DNA of 32,779 nt from Paraglomus brasilianum. Its lineage: Eukaryota. A program made the translations under genes and the position numbers. Location of the stretch: NCBI GenBank assembly GCA_910592345.1, contig CAJVPI010000371.1, forward strand, positions 1-32,779, read 5' to 3'. A model generated the notes under the pieces. The model had not been told where the DNA came from and did no database searches. It saw nothing but the letters and a program-made list of their open reading frames with translations. Shown piece by piece: positions 23,701 to 32,779 of the stretch (positions are counted from its first letter, which is position 1; each line of letters begins with the position of its first letter).

Positions 23701-26700
23701 GCTAAGTATCGTGGCACACGAATCTCCAAAGATTGCCACCTCTCTTATAGACAATGAGATCAAATTAGACGGTGATGTCACATTCCTCGTCATCCTTTAC
23801 GAAGCCCTCACTGGATCTAGTCCTAATGCTGTAGGGGTACAACTACAAGTGCCCAAGAACCAGAGTCAATTTAGAGAAATATTAGGAGTTATATCGGAGT
23901 TATTGCCCGCTTTGCCGACAAGTGAGTGTATTGAAAAGATTTGGTCAGTTGATTCGAATGATTAATCGTTAATTATTCCTTGTAGCTGGAGTGTTTGACA
24001 TGAGCTTACCAAAAGAAGTAGCAGCTAGCACAACTGAAGACCAGAACCCGTCATCGTCAACAACACAACCCGCAACGGCTGATCCACAATCATTACCACA
24101 ACAATCTTCTACTACCGAACTCGCCCAAACAGAAGCAATGGACATTGATAATGAAGATTCGGAGAACAGCGAGGAGGATGAGGAGGAAGAGGAAGAGGAG
24201 GAGGAAGAGGAGGAAGATGAAGAGGAAGAAGATTCTGACGAAGATATAAATTCACGCCACGACATTCCAATAAGTAACCCTTCCTCTCAATCGCCATCAG
24301 ATGAACGAAATTCTATCGAACTTCATCTGCAATTACTCACATCGAAACGTGTTCGTATGCACGAGTTTGGCAAAACTTTTTTGCGGACTTTGATTAATGT
24401 TTACAATTCAACTGTTAACGCAACTATAAGATTAAGGATCGTTGTCGCTTTGGCAAAGATGGTGCATTACTTTGATGAAGAAGTATTAAATGATATTTTG
24501 CAGGTTTGAGAAATTGGGTCTAAAAGTTGTTTGTTTCTAAAACAAATGTTTCGTCGTCATGCAATTTGTTGTTTACCCGTACGTTTAATAATAGAACGTC
24601 AGCTTTGCTGTATTCTTAAGTGGAATCTTACAAGAACAACAAGAAGCAACTTTAGTTATAAAAGCTCTCCAACTTGCAGAACTGCTGATGCAAAAACTAC
24701 CCGCTCATTACGAGAAGCAATTTTTCCGTGAAGGTGTCATGCATGAAATTGCGAAACTAGCTGATACACCAGAAAGCGCAGGTAAACAGTCCAGCAGATC
24801 AGACATATCACAAGTAGGTTTCTTTCTTAAATTCAGGGCGTATCCGCGCAAATATTCTAGGTGATTTATTAAATATGAACTAGTAAAGAATAACGCAAGG
24901 TGTTGCTGCGAAATCAGTACAAAGTGTGATAATTCAGTAGTTACGGTGAACGTCCATCCGACTTCTCTCATTCATTGTCCATTCTTTTTTCTTTTTTTTT
25001 TTTTTCGTGGCCTTACGTCGTAGACATTCCCTGCCTTACATTCCCGCCGACTCGCTTCCTCCAGAACCTCTACCGAGCGTGGTCTTGGGTCACGGGATTC
25101 CCGAGCATGGATAATCCATCGTGCACGCTCTTTTCGTGAAGGTTACATTAAAGATAACAAGGACTTTAGTCATCTAATTAATGATCTAAAGGCATATGCT
25201 GCCGCTTTAAAAGGCACAAAAGAGGAACCGACAGCTGGGAGTACGCTGAAAAAAATTGCAACGTTGTTTTCGGATTCAGCAAGTAGTATTTCGTCATTTG
25301 AGCTTGTGAATAGTGGGCTTATGGAAGGGCTGTTGGAATATCTAACTTCGACACATGAAAACGGTATGATGCTCCCGATTTATAACGGCATAATTGATCT
25401 TGCTTTCTAACAGCTAATCTGCCTGAGTAAGTTGTTAAAATAATTCCTTATTTAACTCCTCATCTGAATACAAATTCACAGAACTAAGTTCTGTCAACGA
25501 CCGCCGACGAACATTTTTACACATTTTTCTCGGAGGAATGGACCCAAAAAAGGGTTTGGCCATTCTTCTTGATCCCGATTTCCAGCATGAACGATCTCCT
25601 GTTTGCCTGGCTCATCATATTACTACGGGGTCGATAGGAGCATTTGAACTGTTGGTGAAGCGACTACAAGAAAGTTTGAATCGGTCAGAGCGGTTTGAGG
25701 TTACTACTGCCTTTCAAACCATGAGTAGTGAGTATTAAATCTTGAAACCAAATCATTGTCATTGATTTTACACAGTCATTAGAATTAGGATTTTTTTCCC
25801 CATTATCAATTGATACTTATTATTACTTATTTAGTTTGCTAGAATTGTATCATGATCATTATTGGTTTTTCCGTATTAACATCTTTTCACCTTTTCTCCC
25901 ACACGCTAGTCGACCTAATACGAAATCCGACAGGAATACTGGCGAAGCATCTTAAATTGAGATTAATTTCACGTATGCTTTCACTATGACAAGTGATCAT
26001 TTTTATCTGCGGGATTGATAATTGCTGACACAATATGTGACTTTATTATTCAGTTGATAATGAGAACGCGCGAAAAATATCAATACAATCACTAGTTCCA
26101 TTTAAGGCTATTGAAGAATGGCTTATGTGGAGGATTGATGCGGCGAGGAACAGAGCACAGGAAAACACAAGTGTGAACGCTGGTGCTAGTGCAACCGTAG
26201 GTGCTGGGGCAAGTAATGGTAATGACAATGCTTCTAGCGGAAGCACACTTGCAAGAAGCAATAATACTACAACACGTGAAGCTACATCAATAGAGGCTGG
26301 AAGTTCCATCAATACTGTATCAGTCGCGGAACAGCTTGTCGCAGACATTCTCGCATCTTCGGTATCAAGTCGACATCGACCCGGTCGTGAAATTAACACC
26401 AGCGGAAATCAGGTTCCACCTAACCTTGGGTATGTGGTATTTATCCCATTTCATTCTCATTAAAAAAGAAAAGTCCTTTTGTCATTAGTGATAATTACGC
26501 GCAATAGATCAACCGAGACAAGAGATCTTGATACGATGGATGTCGATGATGACGATGACGAAGACGAGGACGACGAGAACGATAGTATGAGATCCAGAGA
26601 TGATACTCCGTTTAATGAAGATATAGAGTTTGCTTATCTTCGACGAGATGTTGACTCGGATCATGATGATATGCATGATATGAATGACAGTGTTGAAGGT

Positions 26701-28909
26701 GACAGAACCGTAATAGTAATTGTCAGTTGGATGCACAAATTATATTTATACCTTCTGCGTTTTAATTTACAAACATTCACCTTTACACTATATCAGATCC
26801 ATTACCAACAACAACTTCAAGACCATCATCGGGGGTATCATCAACCTCAACAAATCAACGACATCGCTACTCTACCTATCCTGGTTGGCAAAAACCCAAA
26901 GACTGGCACATAGAATTTTACATTGATGGTACACGAATCAATCCCAACACCCGCGTATATGCGGCTATTCATCGACATCGACAGCGCACTCTAGTAGAAA
27001 CTCGCTTTTGGGAAACAACTCACGAAATCAAATACCGTCGGGTAGAGGGTCCTCCTTCTATGGAAGAAGAGAAGCCCGAACCTCTCAACCCAAATGATGT
27101 CAATACGAAATTACTAAACCTCCTTCGAGCTCTATTCGAACTAAATGAGAAATGGGACGAGATATATACCGAAGGAAATCTGATAATTGCAAAGACAGAA
27201 CGAATGTCGGTAACTGATTTTATTAATCACAAACTTACAGCAAAATTTGAACGGCAAATGGAAGAACCGTTGATCGTGGCATCTAAGGCATTACCGTCAT
27301 GGTGTTTTAACCTTGCAAGGGAATATCCGTTCTTGTTTCCGTTTGAAACGCGACATACATTTTTGCAGAGTACATCGTTTGGGTTTACGAGGATGTGGAA
27401 TAGGTGGCATGCTCATAATAATCGGGGACATGGGCATCAAGAGCAGCGACGGGAAGAGATAGGGAGTAGATTGAGAATAAAGACACGAATAACAAGAGCA
27501 AATATGTTACAAACTGCATTTGAAGTGATGAAGAGGTTTGGTACTAAGGATTCTGTGTTGGAGGTTGAGTATTACGACGAAATAGGGAGTGGATTGGTGA
27601 GTAAATGATTTTGGTTGGAACTTTATATGCCATTATACTCTTTACTTACACCATTGATATGATAGGGTCCTACACTTGAATTTTACTCTACTATATCAAA
27701 GGAGCTCTGTAAAAAGTCTTTAAGAATGTGGAGAATCTACTCTGATGATGGCGATATCTATGTTAATTCGCCAACAGGACTATACGCAATGCCAATGAGT
27801 CCGGAATTGACCGGTAGTGAGAATGGAAAAAAGATAATTAATCTATTTAAGTTCGCTGGTCAATTTGTAGCAAAAGCGATGGTAGACTCAAGGATCATAG
27901 ACATACCCTTTAATCCTATACTTTTGAAGAAAGTACTTGGAGAAAGAGTCCCACATACGTTAAGGACAATAAGGGTAGGGTGTATTCTAAATCGAAATAT
28001 AATGACGATGTACAAGAATCCATTACTCACCGAATGCATCCGACATTTACTAAAATTCTGCAATAGCAAATCGACGAATATTGGAGTAATTCACTGAGCA
28101 GTCTGAAATCCTCGAAAGGCTGGGGAACAAATTCGCTTGGCTTACAATTCACACTGCCCGGATGTGATAATTTTGAACTAAAACCAAACGGCTCTAATAT
28201 TGAAGTCACTCCGCAAAGTATCCAACAATACACCGATGCCGTCATATCGGCTGTGTTGGATACCGGTGTCGAGAAACAGGTGCAGGCATTCAGGGAAGGG
28301 TTTAATCAAGTGTTTCCGATTGACGATTTGAAAATATTTAGTACAAGTGAATTGGTTGCATTGTTTGGCAACGAAGAAGAAGATTGGTCAATAGAAAGTA
28401 AGTGAAAGGGGAATGTGGAGGGAGCCATTACTATTTGAATGTCTCATCAAATCCATGCATCATATTGCGTTCGTAGCTATGAGAGACAGTTTCAACGCGG
28501 ACCATGGATACAGTATGAACAGCCCGGCTATCAAGAATCTACTCGAGATACTGTCTGGGTTCAATATAGAGGAACGTAGATTATTTTTGCAATTTGTCAC
28601 AGGTAGTCCAAGACTACCGATCGGAGGTAAGTTCTTGTGTATTAAACTGTCTATTGCAGATGTAATTTACTTGATGAACTGTTATCCCACTCAACACATC
28701 CTTCTTCAATAATAGGATTTAAGAACATGAGACCTGTGTTAACGATTGTATGCAGAGGCAGTGATCAGAATTCACCTGATGAATCCTTACCATCGGTCAT
28801 GACGTGTCAGAATTATCTCAAATTACCTGACTATCCAACAAAAGAAATTATGCGTGAAAAGCTATGTTACGCAATGAGAGAAGGGCAGGGAAGTTTCCAT
28901 TTGTCGTAG
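20790..28909 (+). CDS. UFD4: HECT E3 ubiquitin ligase, UFD4/TRIP12 family (disordered N-terminus, ARM repeats, HECT), ~19 exons
   Basis: Exons approx. 20790..21100, 21434..21892, 22055..22209, (22342 or 22607)..22956, 23155..23448, 23526..23596, 23671..23921, 23986..24503, 24595..24813, 25024..25363, 25482..25727, 25910..25972, 26054..26429, 26508..26698, 26797..27596, 27666..27974, 28067..28397, 28477..28626, 28716..28909. Motifs [93 protein letters not shown], catalytic [16 protein letters not shown] and terminal GQGSFHLS. The exon 4 start and the 26698 donor are uncertain. Confidence 0.92.
24170..24246 (+). repeat. GAG/GAA tract encoding an acidic linker in the HECT ligase
   Basis: [25 protein letters not shown]. 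Confidence 0.8.
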
Positions 28910-29070
28910 ATGGATTTGTATATGAATTAGGAACAAAATAGCTATAAAATTAAATCCGGTTTTCTGTATCTTGTTTTTACATGTTTGAAAAATAAAAATA
29001 ATAAATCATCTATAAATGTGCGAATCTTTTATTTTTGCTGAACAACGTTTCAATTATCAATATTTCTACG

Positions 29071-31312
29071 TTACCTCAAATTATCTCCGTGCACAGCATT
29101 TCCGTGCACTCGAATTCTATATATGCAAGTGTAATGAGGATTACCCCAATTACTATTCACCTTCAATAACACAGCTATAATAGGTCTATTTAATTTCTCT
29201 GGCAACTCATATGTTTGTACTGATCCTCCATTAATATCATATACGAATCTGCCGAGAAAGACTTGTGTTGGGGAAGAGCCCAACTTGAAAGTCCCACTAC
29301 CAATAATATTTGTGATGGTAGGATCGTTTGGATCGACATAAGCTTCATCAGCAAAATTGTTGCGTAGTTCAAAATTAACTATATCTAAGTAAGGTTCATG
29401 GTGATTATTAGGAGCACAATTATCGCGATGCCCAACAAATCCCCACACTTCGAATTCCTTAGGGGCTGGACTTAGGTCGAGGGCTGCTCTCTTCGACGCG
29501 TGATCATATGTCACTGCTGTTGGATACATGGGTTGTGATAATAATATTCCCAACTGCCCTTTATGGCCAGAGAATGGCCAACATTGACCGACGTGAATAG
29601 AAGGCATAATGGCAGTCACTACGCGTGAAACAGACAAAGCAAGTTAGAAATAGGTTAGACATCATTATTAACCAGATTTAACCAAACGTTCACCACACCT
29701 GGAGGTTTGCCCTGGAGCGTGCCATAATTCGACCAATATGCAACCTGTTTCTCCCACCAACTGTCAGGATACTGAATGTATGTTCGCGATGTCAATTGCC
29801 CTATGATCTTAGCTCCAGCAGAGCGAAGAGCGTAGTCAGTCCTATCAACAACATCATCTGAAAAAAGTTGAAGGCGCTCTTTAATGGCTGCTCTAGTCTC
29901 TTCCTTAATGATAGACGCTATCATATCGCGTTGTCTATCTGATGATTCTAAATAGAAAGGTCCATGTGAATCGCCACCATGAATTCCATCATTACTATCT
30001 ATGAAATGAGTTCGTACTTCAGTGGCGACCAAAGCACGGATAATGGCTCTAAGTCGATTTCCTTTGAGATCGTCTTCATTCCTGATGATTATTTGTTTCG
30101 TCACTGCAGTTATAATTGCTTGAGATACATCATCGGTATCCCCCTTACAGTCGTTTCCTAGTGCCATTAACCGGATTTGTATCGCAAAACGGTCTTGCAA
30201 ATGGCAGACTGCAAGATTAGCATTTTTCCATGCATATGCTCGAAACGTTGGTATATAGAATAGAACCGCCAAAAATAATAATAATACTGATACTGTCATC
30301 CTCGTGCGAATAGATGTCTGACGATTATATACCCAAAATCTTATTAATAATATTCTATTAAAAATAGCATAGGCAGAAGTTAATGCTTGCAAAATCAATT
30401 TCCAGAAAAGACTCATAATCCATAGAACATATTCACACGTCAGTCCAACAGTCCACACGATATTACGCGTAAGACAGGAAAACACAGATATAGTCCGATT
30501 TACCAACCGATTAAAAATCATTGGCACGGATCCTACAACTTTCTGCTCTGTCTGTTGTGTTGTCTCTAATATAGAGTCTTGCAAATCATTCGTTGACGTC
30601 GAATATTGAGAGTCAGAATGGACTAAGAAACTGTGAAAGTTGTTGGTCATTTCTGATTGGATTGAATTATTCAGTACCGTGTTCGAGGGAGGATCGAACA
30701 TATCAGAAGGAGAACCGTCAGAACCGATAGAATTCAACGAAGCAGTTGATATAGTCGAACTTTCTGCGCTTAATGTTGGAACACCGTCAAAACTGGAAGT
30801 CGAACCAGATGGGGTACTACCGCTCTCGCTTCCACTCCTCTCTCCACTCCTATCGGATGACATATTTACCAATTCTCCATTCGAGCTAAGATCAGAGTCA
30901 GAAGAAACAATGGTTGGCGGGTTATACTGATTGTCGTGAACAATACGCGTCGGATCGCTGATAGTCCGTTGTAGTTGTCCAATTGACAATTTGGACTCGC
31001 TCCTGTCATACGCGCTACTACTCTCTGCATTTCCACATTGCGGCTGAGCAGACGAGAATTTTTGGCGTCCATTTTGAGTATTAGTTTTTGTGTTACTCCC
31101 TTGAATATGAGATTTGGTGAATGTATCAGTGAGAATTTGCCATGTGTTGTCGAAGACGATATCACAGCGTCGATAAACCTCTCATGAGGAACTTTACCTC
31201 CGTCACTATTACCACTACCACCACGCGTCGAAGTATGAGAGCTTTCGTCCATACGTTCTGATACGTCAATCTGACCAGGTGGTTTTCTTGCTGCCGGGCG
31301 TATTGTTCGCAT
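29071..31312 (-). CDS. SUN-domain inner nuclear membrane / spindle pole body protein (Sad1/UNC-84 family), ~687 aa, 3 exons
   Basis: complement(join(29071..29618,29699..31099,31198..31312)), 2064 nt in frame. Ser-rich N-terminus, hydrophobic TM segment (MTVSVLLLFLAVLFYI), SUN motifs DYALRSAGAKII, GQCWPFSGHKGQLGI, AVTYDH, APKEFEVWG, SNWGNPHYTCIYRIRVHG. Confidence 0.93.
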
Positions 31313-31411
31313 TTTTTCTATTCAACTTATGGTCAATGCGTGTCTGCACGGGACAATAAATAACAACATCGAGGGCGTGAAGCGTGTTTTGATTGTTTTG
31401 TATTGTGTTCT

Positions 31412-31435
31412 GTGATTGGTGGAATTTGGCGGGAA
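31412..31435 (-). promoter_or_regulatory. E2F-like site with adjacent CCAAT box upstream of the SUN gene
   Basis: The minus strand reads TTCCCGCCAAA (31425-31435) then CCAATCAC (31412-31419), 100-123 nt upstream of the ATG at 31312. Confidence 0.4.
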
Positions 31436-31835
31436 GCGTTAAGAATGCAGTTGATTGTCAAACGTTGGGAAAAGGAATAGATTAATTAATATCAAGAACA
31501 ATGCTGGGAGAAAGCAGAAAAAAACTTCCATAACGTAATGGTTTAACCAATTATTATTATTATTATGGTCTAAAAATGACTGACAAGCGAAGATTACAAT
31601 GAACCAAACAATTACTTTTTAGGAAGTTTACATTTGCGGCGCAAGAGTCCAGACAGTTGTATAGTGATTCGTTATTGTATTAATTATCAGCACTGATGCA
31701 GTTACTGGAAGATTTAACCCGCTAGTTTATGAAAGACCATAAAAGCATCCATCAAAAGCCGTCTCGAACATACAAGAGAACTAGATGTTTCACATGAAAA
31801 TGTAATAAACCTGCCAAAAATGGTTAACCAATTAG

Positions 31836-32356
31836 ATAATTGAACATACAACGGTTTTTTGACGTAAAAGCAATGTCTACTTGTCCATTGTGATCGACCC
31901 TGCCGCTACAAAACTCATGGTTTTCGTCAACGAAGCGACCTCCGACGAGCACGAACTTTCTCAAGATATCCTTGCAATCAAGCAAGGAAGAAGAGTCGCC
32001 AGACGAGAACCCCAAACAAGGAAAAAAGCGCAAGATCAGGACAACAGCAGCACGCAACAAATGACAACACTTGGAAGCTCTCCATCGTCAAAGTATATCC
32101 AAATCACCTTCAAAAGCAGCCGTTGAAACGGTGGATGGGCTTGGATAAAATCTCAACCTATTGAAGATAAGCTTAAGCTTTACGCGGATGTTCGTGTAGG
32201 AAAAGACGTTAATGAACGTGAAGACAAGAGACTTCAAAGATCATGCGTATGGGGTGAACGCAAATTCGTGCGAACTGTCGTGCGTATTGGAATGCTGCTT
32301 CAAGGTACCATGGCAAACATTATCGATGAGGCGATTGATGAAGCATTAACTGCTAG
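31836..32356 (+). pseudogene. Probable pseudo-exon of an unknown protein with two in-frame TGA codons
   Basis: One frame runs from an AG at 31834-31835 to a GTATGA donor near 32357: IIEHTTVF*RKSNVYLSIVIDPAATKLMVFVNE...FKSSR*NGGWAWIKSQPIEDKLKLYADVRVG...MANIIDEAIDEALTA. Family not recognised. Confidence 0.5.
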
Positions 32357-32779
32357 GTATGATTGTTATTTTTTTTATTTATTTTTATTAGGGACAAGAT
32401 AATAGTAGTAGGAATCAGCAAAGTTCGTCTTTGACCCGAAAAGATTTGCGACAAAAATCCACGTGGAACCGTTTCTATATCATCATAATAATAATGCTTT
32501 CCGCATTCCGTTATCATTCTGGACGACAAACGCGATTTGTGGCCGCTTCATTCGAAAAAAAAAAATAAGTGGCCTGTTCCTCACAGAATAACGTCTGATT
32601 GCAAGATCACCTACAGTAGGATGCAAAAGTATCCCCACTTCTAATTCGGGACACAAATGAGTAAACGCTTTGAAAGTTTCCCTGTATATAGTGTATAATA
32701 AACCTGATCACTTGTAAAATTTCAGCTTGATCGGATGTCTCCAGTAAAAATTTACAAACATCCAATATTTGCCTCTAAA

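Noticed and set aside
23969..24297. Poly-Ser and poly-Pro minus-strand ORFs
   Set aside because: Antisense shadows of the acidic GAG/GAA tract in the HECT ligase.
25973..26053. Intron with GTATGCTTT donor as a second U12-type intron
   Set aside because: Mismatch at the critical +5 C, and the branch site is U2-like (GCTGAC) with no CCTTAAC.
32711..32757. Imperfect inverted repeat TTGTAAAATTT...AAAATTTACAA near the window end as a MITE end
   Set aside because: Short and AT-rich, with no target-site duplication or second copy visible in the window.

Overview
Eukaryotic, intron-rich fungal nuclear DNA, most likely from an early-diverging lineage such as Mucoromycota (inferred from gene content, intron density and a U12-type intron). 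Seven genes could be reconstructed by hand-splicing: NOP7/pescadillo (+, 1111-3583), ORC5 (-, 3636-5618), an ANKRD39-like ankyrin protein (-, 8015-9230), an mRNA-capping guanylyltransferase (+, 12759-17548), mitochondrial ribosomal protein uL16m (-, 18239-18850), a UFD4/TRIP12-type HECT E3 ligase (+, 20790-28909) and a SUN-domain protein (-, 29071-31312). There are also decayed coding remnants near 5.8-6.6 kb, 31.8-32.4 kb and possibly 0.1-0.84 kb. Main findings: (1) the capping enzyme is spliced in frame to a ~750-aa disordered tail with 12 PTSP repeats resembling the Pol II CTD heptad core that this enzyme family binds, plus SPVK, polyQ and SYPP repeats, and retention of intron 9 would give the ordinary 396-aa enzyme; (2) ORC5 contains a clear AT-AC minor-spliceosome intron; (3) the HECT ligase has a frame break or alternative acceptor in exon 4; (4) MCB-like and E2F-like promoter elements occur in the same window. 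All exon models are manual, with no alignment or RNA data.
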